This document shows, one piece after another, positions 12,620 to 25,961 of a stretch of DNA of 64,000 nucleotides. The translations under genes and the position numbers were made by a program. Source of the stretch: Balanoglossus misakiensis. Lineage: Eukaryota; Animalia; Hemichordata. The stretch covers positions 5,066,831 through 5,130,830 of the forward strand of contig CM082578.2 of NCBI GenBank assembly GCA_040954595.2, written 5' to 3'. The notes beneath the pieces are model-generated. The model did no database searches and was not told the DNA's origin. It was given only the letters and a program-made list of their open reading frames with translations. Numbering within the stretch: position 1 is the stretch's first letter; each line of letters opens with the position of its first letter.

Positions 12620-15149
12620 CTGTCAGGGAAATGACAAAGGAGAAAAAAGTAATGAATACTAAATTATGCAACCTTGTATCTATTAGGCTTGCTTGCACAA
12701 GGTCCGCCATTAATGTGATTGTATATAGGATGAGCGTTATCATCTATATGTAATGTAGTGGAAATGTAAGCTAGTTCATCCCAAACGATCATTTACTATC
12801 TTCGGCTCTCGGTTTTGTTCAGTAAATAACACAACAAATACAAATGCATTTGTGTAATGACTTGCCAACGTCCATTTTTTTATGGAGTGTACAGAGGAAT
12901 GAGAGAAAACATTTGTGTCAACCCATTGATGTCTGGTCGTGTCAAAGCCACCGGCTAATATGAACCTGAGTAGGCACGGATTAACTAAACGTGGGGGCTG
13001 AGATTAAGGCTCACTAAATGATCGATTTAATTCAACCACCTGGGAATAACCTCATTCAAAGTGGCCTCGTAGGCTTTTACATCTGAATTCGCAGCGCAGA
13101 TGAGTCGTGTGCAGAGTACGTCTCCTTGGTAATAGTACCGTTCTTAAATTGTTGGCGCTGGGGATCGATTTAACGTTCTGTGTGATTTTTCCCGCGTCAC
13201 GATGACTGATTGGAGATGAAACTATACATGTGATGTTTGTGCTGGATGAAGTAGCGTCATTAAGACGTTCAAAACACGAGACTAGATACAGAATGATAGA
13301 TTGCTTATCTTAATCAATACACGACATATCAAAATAACCCTTTGAGCCTAACTTTATACGCTGCATGCTTCAGAAGTCAAAATTTTTCAGACTGGACACA
13401 TTTCGACGCCCAGCTGCGCCCATAAACGACAAACTGCTACGGATGTTATAATAACTGTGCAAAATTATCATTTATTTTTGACATAAAAGGAAAAAGAGGT
13501 GATTCGCTACACCCTACTACATGTACATTAAATATGTTTCCAAGTTTTGCTTTAAATGTCCCGCCAAAAATAAATATTCATCGAAAAAAAAATCGCTGTC
13601 GTTGCACGGTATGTCAGTGTTTACCGGTGTACATGTCTTGGTTCGCGTATATTCGACGTGGAAATTGAATTGTCCACCGCTGAGTTGATATTTGAATTGG
13701 ATATACATGTAATCGCTTCCAGAATTACATTGTAAGTCTAGTAATTACTCTGTACGTTTAAGGCTACAATTTTCACTTCAAGTTGTCATTCGGCGTTGTG
13801 CAGATGCATGGGATACTTCCGGTGCGAGAAATGTGTTTCTGGCAAGTTGTCAACATGTCTCTTTCAACGCAGTACGTTTACAAGGTGATTTTATACAGTA
13901 CAGCAGTATGATCACGGAGGTATCTCTATCGTATGATCAAAGTCTGTTTCCAGATGAAAACCAAAGTTTCGATTAATTTGCCACGAGAGGACGAAATTTT
14001 AACTTGTTTTTCGAGCTTTCCCAGTTTGGATTTTACAGGTCAATAGCGCCAGACTTTATTCAGATAGTGCTGGTCTCTAATTCCTCACAGCGGAAGAACC
14101 TTTTCACACCGTATATCCACGGTGGTATCGTCAATGAAACAGGTGAGCGATAGGCCAACGCATTTAGTGATAGTCCAAAAACGCCTGCGTCATCCGCTAT
14201 GCGTGCACCAAATCATATCACTTTCAGCATACGTCATCCAACGTGGTCATGACGTCACCCTAACTCCCGGAGCAGTATAGGACAAAAACTTCAACTAAAG
14301 CCCAAAGCAGGTGGATATACAATGTAAATGCAATCTAGACTACTAAACAGTTCCCGGTGATACTTTTTATCACTACCGACAAAGTAAAACTTTGCGTGAA
14401 TGGTCGTGTCTCCTATAGGGCAAATCACATACGTCACATGTGTGTCTAAGAATTAAAAGAAAGAGACGAAACACGAACAGACGAAGTTATCCATTGTGTT
14501 TGACCGAAGTGCTTATATTTGACGTTGCCTGAAACGTTTTCATTTTAACACGACTGGAAATAAATTGGGACAATTGAATTTGAACGGATCTCGCAGGCGT
14601 TTCCTAAGAGCGTGTGAACATTTTCTGAATCCCTGCCATTCTAATTTTTATTAAAGCCCCAAGAGCTGCCACTTTTTGCATTATTTTCATGATTTTATTT
14701 TCCAACTTGAATTGTTCCATCTAAATAAGGTATACATGAGCATCTGATCGACGCCCGATTGGGACTGCATGTTGCAAATTGAACATGCTATATATTAAAC
14801 GGGTGCCGCACCCATTTAATTTGCCTCCATACAAACAGTACGCAGCTATCGCGGTATGCGCCGCCAAGAGATGACAAACTGATGCAAATGCAATTAACAT
14901 GGCTTAATGCTGAGGATTGTAGGGGATAGGGAATACATTTGAAGTTTTTATTGTAGAAAAAAATGTGAATTTTGGCAGCTCTGAAGGCTTTTACGTATAC
15001 CCGTAATTTTGATCATGCCGGGACAATTTGGCAGTTCAAGACAACATAGAAGCTTTGTTATTAGAATCAAATAACGAAAACGTTTGAATATTATAGTCAG
15101 ACTATACCATAACGAATGTTCGCAATTTGTTATTTTTGAGTGTCCTTTA

Positions 15150-16438
15150 GGCCAAAAAAAAAAGAGTTTTGTTTAGCGTCCTCGCGCGCGTCACTTTTAA
15201 ACATGCGCGTCGAGGCTTTTTTTCGTAATTTTCGAACCCGGAAATCAACTAATCAGTGTTTTCTCCAGGATGCGCGATCGCGCGATTCCCCCTCTTTTAC
15301 ACTTGAAGCGCCCCTTGTAACAAGTTCAGGGGGCGACAATCGCCCCTTCGTGAGCAGCCCACCCGGCCAGTACATGCGCGTCCAAGCCTCCATAGCATGC
15401 ACCGTCAGTCAAAGCACTGGGAAAACGGCCGATATCACTGCGTGCTGGCCTATACATTTTAACTTCCCACCCCCCAAAACTATGTTGTAGATGACTTTCA
15501 CATTCATTCACGTGTAATTTAGCTCCAGGGCTATAGTGTGCAATTGAACTCAAGTGAACTTGTTGTTATGGCGACTTTTGAAATTGGGTTGGCAGAACGT
15601 AACAATTTTATGCAAATTAAAGAAACTGCGTTCCTGCCATGGCGATTATCAAGAATGTATCAGTTTTCCATGACCTTGTTTTCTTACTTAGGAAGGAAAG
15701 TCATTCAATATGTACAGAGACTGTTTATTTGAGTAGTGTGCCTAGCCACAGATGGGGAAGTGTAGGCAGAAATCTGAAGAAATATATACCACTTCAATTT
15801 ATTTAACTATTAATGGTTTCACAATCTAATATTTTGGCAGCTAAACTGAAACTTTTAAAATCAAACAAGAAATTTTTTTCTCAGGTATAGTATTAACGAA
15901 AGACACTATTGTTTTTGCAGTTGCATTTATTTTATTAATTTCACTCTACTTGCCAGGGGAGCAGTTAATCAGTCACTCTCCTACCACTTGTGTAATTAAT
16001 TTCAGGAGTTATTTTCAGCTCTCCAGCATTTTTTAAATTACATGCCCTGAAAGTTATGCAAGCTGGTGTCTTCCTCTGCAAAATCTACTAATTTACCAGT
16101 AAAGTAGAAAAAAACTGTAACTGTTAATATGTTGTCAAGTTCACATGTAAAATATTGTAATTTACTTATGCTGTTTTTAATATGGAATGAAGGCAGTTAG
16201 TAAGTTAACGTTCAAAATTGTCATTCCTTGATGTTTACCTAATTAACATAAATTATGCAAATCATGATTCCCCCCTACTTTGACCAAATCCCTCCTTAAT
16301 TTTGGACTATTAAAGAAATATTTGCTGTTCTTGTTCCGCAGAAAAAAAAAAAAAAAAAAAAAAAAAAAGAAGCCGCGTCACCGCATCAATTTTGAGATTT
16401 TGCTTGGACGCTAAACAAAACTCTTTTTTTTTTTGGCC
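15150..16438. mobile_element. About 1.29-kb non-autonomous PIF/Harbinger-type DNA transposon
   Basis: TIRs GGCCAAAAAAAAAAGAGTTTTGTTTAGCGTCC at both ends. TTA TSD at 15147-15149 and 16439-16441. No transposase ORF. Confidence 0.88.
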
Positions 16439-16619
16439 TTACTGTAAGATTGTGCCATTATCAAAGAGTCTGTAGTTGCGCATGTCTACCATTAAAAAGG
16501 TTTATTGAAAGCGTTGTACGTTTGTACACTGCTGCATTTACTAAATCCGTGACTTAAAAGTCGAGCTATAAATAAAGGACGAAAACTCAAATACTATTGG
16601 TATTGATTTTAACACATAC

Positions 16620-17276
16620 CTGTTCTACAGCTCCCCTGTAAGCTGTTTTGAATTTGTCCCATTCGGGAGCTTTGGTGTCCGCCTTGCTTTTTCCTTTCAC
16701 GACGTCGTTGAAGCCTTTATTGACGTAACCGCCTCCAAACTTGTCGTGGTGGGACCGGCTCGCTTGATTGCTCGCCTTGTGTTTTGTCGCCACCCACTGC
16801 TTGTCAGACTTCGATGGCAGTTCCACAACTTTTCCGAAGCCACCGTCGCCGGCGGCGAAGGGGTCGCCGTCGTCCCATCCGGGCTCTTGCGGCCAGGAGT
16901 CCGACTCCGCTTGGTCGACGAAATCGCCAAATCCGGGAGTGTCGTGAAACGCCCCGAAGCCCTCGTCGGTGAAGCCGCCGAAGCCGTCGTGGTCTCCTGT
17001 CTGATCGTGGTGGTGGGGGACTGAAGACGAGCCCGTGTTTTTGTCTTTGCTTTGAAAGTGATCAGGTAGTTCAGGCTCTGCAAAATGGCCAAAGCCTCCG
17101 AAGGGCGAGTCGTCCCACGCGTCCCGGCGGCGTATCTGCGCCAGCCGGTGCAGCGTCTTCCGGTGTCGTTGCAGGAACTTGGCAATGTCCAGTGGATAGG
17201 CCTGACACTGAGAAGGCAAGAGCAGCGGCAGCAGAGCGAGAGCCAAAAAGAAAAGAAATAACAGACACTTAGCCAT
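16620..17276 (-). CDS. Uncharacterised secreted protein, main coding exon (signal peptide, cationic segment, RRR site, Asp/Gly/Phe-rich FG-repeat region)
   Basis: Strong Kozak ACCATGG at 17276. Hydrophobic signal MAKCLLFLFFLALALLPLLLPSQCQA|YP. GC-rich, coding-like composition. Acceptor CCCCTTTTCATCTGCAG| 19 nt upstream (exon starts 17295) and donor CAG|GTATGT at 16620/16619. Confidence 0.85.
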
Positions 17277-17893
17277 GGTGTGTCCACTATGACTACTGCA
17301 GATGAAAAGGGGTGCTTTTTTTGTCCTGGAACCGACAGAGCTGTGAAGAGATGACAAAGAAAAACTGTAGTCAAGACCGGTTCATGGAGAAAAACCTTTG
17401 TCGGATCAACTGGTCTCTCACTGTGACACCAGAAAGCCGTGCCACCTTGCGTGTTACCAGAAAACGTTTATTGGATTTCTCTTGCCTTGGCTGGGTTTAA
17501 GTACCACAAGGCCACTAGATATAGGCCCTGTCCATTCAAATTTCTCAATTATATCAATTAGATTTTCAACACAATTGGCTCTGACGCAAAACACAAATAT
17601 GTTTGATAACTGTGAACCCGGAGTGGAATCATGCCTGTAATTTCTCATCAGGCGAGCTGAACTTCCATTGATCTGTCTGCACCATTATTTTTCACCGATT
17701 TATCCCTAATTGGCCACACGCTGATTTGCCTTTCACCTGTGTCATTGAGTCAATCAGTTCTCTTTTGACGTCTTTTGGTGAATGACGTCAAATACTGAAG
17801 CGGTTTACAAAATCGTTGGAAGAACCTGTGTGGACCCCAGACAACTTTCACACATTCCCTGGAGCACTAACTTCGGAACTGAAATGTGTGCGT

Positions 17894-18106
17894 GTCTGTC
17901 TGTCTCTCTGTCGCTCTCTCTCTCTCTCTCAGCCCCCTTTATCACTCTCTCTCGCTCACTCACCCCCTCTCTCTGTCTGTGTCTCTGTTGCTCTCTCTCT
18001 GTCTCTGTATGTTTCTGTCTGTCTCCTGTCTCTATCTCTGTCTCTCTGTCTCTCTCTGTGTCTCTCTCTCTGTCTCTGTCTCTCCCTCTCCCCCCTCTCT
18101 CTCCCT

Positions 18107-18186
<80 letters not shown>
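17894..18186. repeat. (CT)n / (CTGT)n compound microsatellite
   Basis: Direct reading. Explains the LSLS and ERER ORFs. Confidence 0.95.
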
Positions 18187-18189
<3 letters not shown>

Positions 18190-18827
18190 TCTAACAAAAG
18201 CAGTTTAATTAGGGATGTAGAATGTGACCTTCTGCCAGGGTACTATCATGAAGATCTGATCAATGTCTTGATTAGTTTCGACAAATATGCTCGTGATGTC
18301 GAATTAGTCGCCAAACTGTAATTACGGATGAGCAAGAAATGTCTTGTCGGTACCAAATGGAATCGAGAGATCTAATGATAGATGTCGGAATTTACAACCA
18401 GTAGTTAGTGGTTTCTAGCAATTGCTGCGTGGTCCCTCGGGATTTGGACTTTAGTCGAGGCATGCTAGCAACCACTTTATCACGTTATTGTGTTAGACAA
18501 AATTGGATTTCTAAATGCCATGTCACTAATGACACTACGAGTATTTCGTATGACTGTCGGGCTTTATCAACAGCCGTGCGCCGCCCCGAGATTCCAAAAC
18601 AGTTTGGCGTAATCTCAACAATTACTACAGAAAATCAGTGTAACAAATAGAGATTCTCTACAAACAAAAAATATATTATCTCAAGACTTCGTGATTTCTT
18701 TAACACATTGTTCCGGGTTTTGGAAGGTGTTGAGAGAACCAGCTTGGATGTGACGTGCCTAGACAATTCTATTATCGTGCAAAACTTTGAACGGCAACAA
18801 CATAATGTGATTCTAATGTCTTTTTTT

Positions 18828-18900
18828 ACAAACAAACAAACAAACAAACAAACAAACAAACAAACAAACAAACAAACAAACAAACGAACGAACGAACGAA
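18828..18900. repeat. (AAAC)n then (AACG)n microsatellite
   Basis: Direct reading. Confidence 0.95.
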
Positions 18901-21747
18901 CGGACATACATGCATGTATACATACATTGATCAGTTTGGGGTGTTTTTTTCGACTCTAACAACAGAACCAATTTAGTCCGAGATGCACTCGAAGTATGTT
19001 AACACGTGCAGAATGCTGTGGGAAACACAAGCACGTCAAATTTGTTTTGTTATATGATTGTATATGACCACCAGGCGGGCCGATAATTTAGACATGTCCG
19101 AAGTGATTTTGTTCAAACTTAGAGCTAGGACAGATGCAATCCAACATATTTCATTCCATCTGGCAAAAGGGCAATGTACTCTAGTACACATATGCACGTC
19201 AGTTTGATTCAGCATACAGTCAAATACAGCCGCCAGCCTTGTTACGATTTTCCGTGTATGTATGGATGCATTACTTCTGCGTGCCCCTGGACAGACTATT
19301 TTCGTTGAAATTTGGCGCTTGTTCATACATGTACTATGACATTTATTATGCATGACAATTTGTTTAGAGGATAAATCTGATAATACGGTCAAAAGATTTT
19401 GCTGTACTTTTTCATGTTTGGAAGCATTTTCTTTTCCTGACTCGATTTTGTTCGAACTTGGCACAAAGACATTGTATAATAGCATTCATTTCCACTTTGT
19501 TTTGAAATACAATCTACCATGGCTGTCAGGTGTCTTTTCTCCTTCCAGACCGATATACCCATGTCACCATTCAGTCTGTTAGTTTACTTGGACTATTTGC
19601 GTTTATGTCCATTCCATTTTTGGAGATTGTGAAACATCTAAAAGTACAGCCACAATTAGGGGTTGGTAATTAATACATCTGTGTATATCCGTCAGTATAC
19701 ATTGACTGATAGACCAGAAGCCAGAAGGAATCATGGTACCAGAGGTTTAATCAATGTTCTATAAACTTGTTGATCAGGCCCTGAGACAAGACTATTTGTC
19801 TATTTTTTCCCCGATGGGTTTAATCTGTGATTTTCTTGAACAGATCCGTTGTACTCCACAAGAGTAATTTCGATCAATTTCGTGTTAAGTTGCATTTATT
19901 GAAAGGTACAAGTTTTATTTATTTTGAAGATAGAAGGCATTTCATAAGGTGGTTAAAAAATCGGACACATATTTTCAAGAATTTGCGTATAGACGAATTT
20001 GCCAATAATGTCACCGTGCGCATGGTGACTGATTAGTTTTGTGTCGTAAAGCGTCGCAAGCACAACTGTCGGAAATTACGGAGTTTACGAAGCAAGATGG
20101 TGATATGCGCCGCTTATGTGGATTTGTGTCGTATTAGGATGTCATTCGAGGCTTCCAGTGCTGTTTCTCGGTCAAATGAAAATGCCACCTGCATGCTTGC
20201 ACTGATGAAAGTGCAAATGAACCTATTAAATTGCTGAAAGGTTTGGAAATTTGATATTAAGCTGAAACACTACAAGACCTTTGTGCAGAATGAGTGACAA
20301 ATACGTTTGGTAAGCATCGACAACTTATGCGCAGAATCAACTGTGCTATACACTGACACTGCAGAGCATTTTCAATAGCGACCAGTGTATACGGAATCCG
20401 CGGAAACCAGTTCAAAAAGTCGGGCAAACAATGTCTATGTCGCATATTGTGTGCTATAGTCATATCATAATAGTAACTTCAGTCAGTCGAAACAATTCCA
20501 GGTTGTCGAACCATATACCACATTTACCCACCCCCCCACCCCCCGCCGCCAATACGATCAACCGGAGCTTAAAATGAATCGAAGTGAATGTAGAACTTCC
20601 AACACATGAGCATGGAATGTGGCATTCGATTGTTTCTACATTATAAGCTCCGTATTTATCATGAATCATCGATCACTTGACGAACTGCCTACACCCGTAG
20701 TGCGCTTAAAAAGCTGAATGTTTATGGCGACCGTCAACTCCACATGCCACTCCAAGGCAAGGCTAATAAGCCGTGAAATCCTCCAAATTTTGTATGTTCA
20801 CATTTTGCTTGATTACCTGAAGCCTCTTAATTACCTGATAAATGCACGCCGGGTTTGATACAGGATACCATAAGTAATGGTCGATAGTTATTATAGCATG
20901 TAGTAGCAATGCATTGACCTTCAGGTACTTGGCCTGCAATTGAGATACTGCCCCCCCCCCCCCCACATCCCCGCGTTTGGTGACCTTTAAAACGACAGAT
21001 TAATTAATTCTTATTGATGTCCTTTTCACCTGCAAGCAAGCGCAGTTCACGTATCGATGTTTTGTTTCCGTCATGCGGGTGAGATTTTGGGCGCAAATGC
21101 CAAACCCAGAGAAAGAGGAATGCTAAAGCAATTACGCGTGACGGAGACAGTAGGTTTGGATACTACACATGCGTGTTAATAGTCGCGGTATATTGCGTTC
21201 CCCATCTTGAGCTGAGCTCAAAGTGACTTCTAATAAGAAAGTGGCGCAGTTTGACGTCTCCAATAGAGTGCCCCACTCTCGGCGTAAATGGCGGCTTGCT
21301 TTGATCATTAAAATCTAAATTTTGAGTGGCAGTCGGGGAGCAGGAACCGTGCATCACAATCTTGTTCAGCGTAAAGCCAGGATTCATTGCTTGACGCACT
21401 TAAGGTATGAGGGTAAAAATTGAATTTTCTAACCTGCGAAAGTTAAAAAACAAGTATTACAACGTTTACGCAAAACGATATTGCGCAGAACTCGTGGTAC
21501 AGACGCACAACAGTGAGTGGCTTTCCCCAACAAAATTAACTGCACGCTTAGATAACATAGAAAAGCATGGAATCCGATATGCAATGTTTAAAATAGCATT
21601 GACGACTAAGACGAACAGTTTTAGAATAAGAGACAGCTGCTAAAGTAGACTGCGAAACCAAAATGATGATTGAGCGTGTTATCTGTGACAATACTTCAAA
21701 CGGTCCGACGTACGCACTTAATAACAATTTCACTGCACATACAAATC

Positions 21748-22044
21748 CACATACATACATACATACATACATACATACATACATACATACATACATACAT
21801 ACATACATACATACATACATACATACATACATACATACATACATACATACATACATACATACATACATACATACATGCATACATACATACATACATACAT
21901 ACATACATACATACATACATACATACATACACACATACACACACACACACATACACACATACACACATACATACATACATACATACATACATACATACAT
22001 ACATACATACATACATACATACATACATACATACATACATACAT

Positions 22045-22094
<50 letters not shown>
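21748..22094. repeat. (CATA)n / (CA)n / (CAGA)n compound microsatellite
   Basis: Direct reading. Explains the HTYI and MYVC ORFs. Confidence 0.97.
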
Positions 22095-22095
<1 letters not shown>

Positions 22096-25000
22096 TGTAC
22101 ATGTAGTTTCATGTTACACACCGTTTTTCATTTAAAGATTCCTGTTCTATCTGCGTTTTTTTCCCGTGATTGGTGTTTCAAGCTGGCGACACATTTTGAA
22201 TCCGTATATTTGTAGGCGCCCAAATATGATGGACAACATTTAAATCAAGGACTGAAACCTTGACATTTTCAACCAAAACGAACAATAAAAGATACGGCTG
22301 CAGGGCTTTAAATCCTTGACTTTGCTCTTTGGTCGAATTCCAGTAATGAAGTGTGTGGTTACACGTGGTCGAGACACTGTTATCAGAAACTTTCTGTTTC
22401 TCTGTTATCTGGAACATACATTACAGGTTTCCCATGAAACCTGTTCCTCTATGTAATTGCAAACTGGACGTCTATTTCTAAAAGGTCAACGACACTCTTG
22501 GCATCATTAAAATTTCGGCGCCAAGCAGAATCCCGTACCAACATTTTTTAAGAGTTCATTCCAAATGCAATCCTATTCGGGCCAAGGCCTAATTACTAGT
22601 CGTCCTCTAATGAACCACATATCTACGGAGGCATTCTGTTGCAAATTTGAAGCACCCCTAGATGGATCAATGACATGGTCTGTTTGTATTATATTTTTCA
22701 ATACCAACAAGCTCTTATCACATACATACGTATACTTATCCTTCTTTTGTTTGTTACCAGCAATGGAAGACCGTAGTCCCTGTGGACAGTGCGTTGTAAC
22801 AAAAGAACAGATCGCATATTATCAGTTTCCTTTATTATCGATTCTACTGCAGCTGATAAATCACAATTAAGCAACATTCGTGGTAACAATCAAATACTAG
22901 TATCAAATTTTATCAAACATTTTTTCTGACAATGAAGAGCACAATGATAACACTGGTATTGATGCCACGGCCCGTTTTCTAATTATTTTTCCCAACCGCT
23001 TCTTTGAGTTCAAACTGATACATGTTTAACAACAAACTTTCGTATAAGGTTTACAATAACTCTTGTAAACCGAGAAGGTTTACAATTGTCTTAAGTTTCA
23101 ACTCTTAAAATTTACAATAAGTCTTGTAAGGTAGTTTTTCACTTTAAACTACAGGAATCGGAACCAAGAGCCTTAAATTTAACAACCCTTTCTTCTCTGA
23201 CCATTACTCCTTGAAGGTCCCTAACCAAAAGTCTCAGAATTCTACTGAAATGGGGAAGTGGTTTAATATTTTCAAACAGCAGCGACGATCTCAAATTTTA
23301 GAGTGCAAACACAGGATTGAAAACTGGCCGAGCTCGTGGTATAAGTTGCTTCCGGCCTCGTATGTTTTACAACCACCCAAAAACTGTGAGGTTTACTCGC
23401 AAGCGTACAATTACCTGTACCATTCTCTGCAGAATATAGCGAGGTTCTAAATTATACCATCGTATACATGTATACACGGATTATCACGGTGTTGAATTAG
23501 TGTCCAGATCTCAATATGCCTGCAAAAACTGTACATGATATTAAAAGTACGAGTTTCAAGTGAAGGGCGTCCTTCAAACGACCAAGTTATTAAAAGGCCA
23601 TGTTATCTTGACCAGTTTCATTATCCGTCTACGGAGTATTTCCTTCTACTGAACAGGCCAAATCACATTAGAATCCATCTACACGACAGTCATGTGATTG
23701 CAATGACTGGATCGAACGCAATATAATAATATTTCTTTTTAGTGAACGTGAAACCAGTCAAAAGTTATATACTGCTTGAATACCAATCTAGTCCGGTTTA
23801 TTCGTGCTTCGCCTGTGGTCGTCTCGAAAATTAAGTCGCTGTCATAAAATTGTACCCGTTAGTGGGGTTTGCAGGATTATTCCAATTGAAATCTGTCCGT
23901 TACTGTCACGAAACACTCAAAACATTTGGGTTTCTCAAAATTAATTTTGTCTCAATGGCATTCAAGTACAGGTGATTGATGTCATGGTTATGACATGTAG
24001 TATGAAATACTATTACATATTGCCATAAAATTTGCGCGATGATTGCAGAGCAAGTCGTTGGATTGTCGTTACAACAGTTCTTGGCAATGCATCATCATCG
24101 TTTGTTATCAGTAAAAAAATCACTCTTACTAATATTCAACGTGGGTGCTTCAAGATATAGGTTCAATATTTCCCTGATGTGTTTGAACAATAAATCATTC
24201 TGGTACGGCAATTCAGAACGAAACCGTGTGCGTTTCCAACAGCTGGCCTGCACGATAAGCATAATTGCCTCATTCGGCTTATTTACATCACAGCGTAATG
24301 TCCCCTGTCTGTACTATCATTAAACATGTATCATTTGTCTTCGAACAGAAACCAGAGCGTGCTTTCATTACGGACAATCTAGCAGAAATTTAAAAAAAGC
24401 ATCGGGGTTAACTCTTAATCCGGGCATCACTCCTCACATTCATGTTTTTGTTATTCCATCTAGTGCGAGATCAGACACAGTGACATAATTGAATTAAATT
24501 GAATTGAATTTGATTGTATTGGATTGTAATGAGTATATTGGAATTAAGATCTAACTGGAGTCAACCATTTGCCAGATTTGAGACGTCCTTTTATTTTTTG
24601 ATGGAACAAAATAATAGTTTGCATTGCACAACAAATGTAATCAAACAGATTTCAAGTTCGACTAAAGATTCGCATTTATTTTCTCATTTTATTTAAAGCA
24701 TATTGAGTATTTTTTTTATTTTTGTCACACTGTGACATGCATAAATCCGAGAAAAAATGTTGAACCCTCAGCTAGCGCAAATAGGGTATGTACTGAAATA
24801 AATGTCGAGATGGAAGGCGACTTATAAAAGAGACACATAAATAACAAACTACACCTGTTTATGCAAAATGAATATCAATTAATCTCTGGCAGCAAAATTG
24901 ACTCCGGGAGCGTTTATATACGATGCAGTTAGGGGGTAATCATCGTGCATTTGTCGTGCTTTTCTAGAAGCATCATCCTATTTTCCAAAATTGTCCAATA

Positions 25001-25867
25001 TGGCTAACTTTCTATTACTCTGTTCGCAAGCCAGCCCCGTGACAAACTTTCTAAAATTGGCGGGAACTGTATTCATGAAATATTGAAACTGGGGACAATG
25101 GCGCGCAACCAGTGTGATTTCCAGGTCAAGATCACCTGTTGTGATTTTCGTCAGCAAAGTTTCTTCAGGCGCGTCAGACGACTGTGGTGAGTAAACCAAT
25201 TACATAACATGAGCGCCATCAGAATCGGGAATTAGAAGCCGCAGCAGTGACCTCGTTTTTCATCATCCCCGTCTATTAATGAAAAATATTGATCAAGGAT
25301 ATTGAGGAAGGATTTACGATGGGTAGAATTGAAAGTATTGTCCTTTTTTAATTTTTAATTTTTGGTTTCTCCGCTCCTATTTAAAACCAAAGACAAATAT
25401 TGCGTTTCAACTGTTGTTGTTTGAAATATGCAGCATTGCAACTCGTTCACCTGCTGTGTTATTGGTGTAACTCCATGCATAAAGGTGTCTTAAACCTGTC
25501 TTGCGGAAGCCGAGATAAAGTATATCAGACGCGTCGCCGACGTTAACGACTAAGAAGACGAACATTTATTTACCAATGCACCTGCTGGTGCAATATTTTT
25601 TTATCAAATGCTGCTTTTAGTTGCGAGGTAATAACGATTATGACGACGAATATTTATTTTTATTTTTCCTCAAGGAAAGGTACACGCACCTACCAAATTA
25701 TAAAATTAATTTCTAATGTCTGCCTTAAAAGCAACGTTTGAATGTTAATATTTGATCATAATAAACTAATGTTTATTATTATCAAGATCCTTTCTTGGGC
25801 ACGCTGTTCTCGAAGTTTTCGGTTGACGTGAGATGTTTTATCTTCATGAATGTGATAAGATGTAGAG

Positions 25868-25868
<1 letters not shown>

Positions 25869-25961
<93 letters not shown>
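25869..25961. repeat. (GAT)n trinucleotide microsatellite, about 31 units
   Basis: Direct reading. Explains the poly-His, poly-Met and poly-Ser ORFs. Confidence 0.97.

Noticed and set aside
16697-17374. Overlapping 225-aa alternative-frame ORF and antisense ORFs over the secreted-protein exon
   Set aside because: Expected shadow of a GC-rich coding exon. They have non-ATG or intronic starts and no signal or motif.
17782-18321. ORFs rich in LS or ER dipeptides
   Set aside because: Translation of a (CT)n microsatellite.
21548-22215. Six overlapping 86-184 aa ORFs (HTYI / MYVC repeats)
   Set aside because: Stop-free (CATA)n microsatellite.
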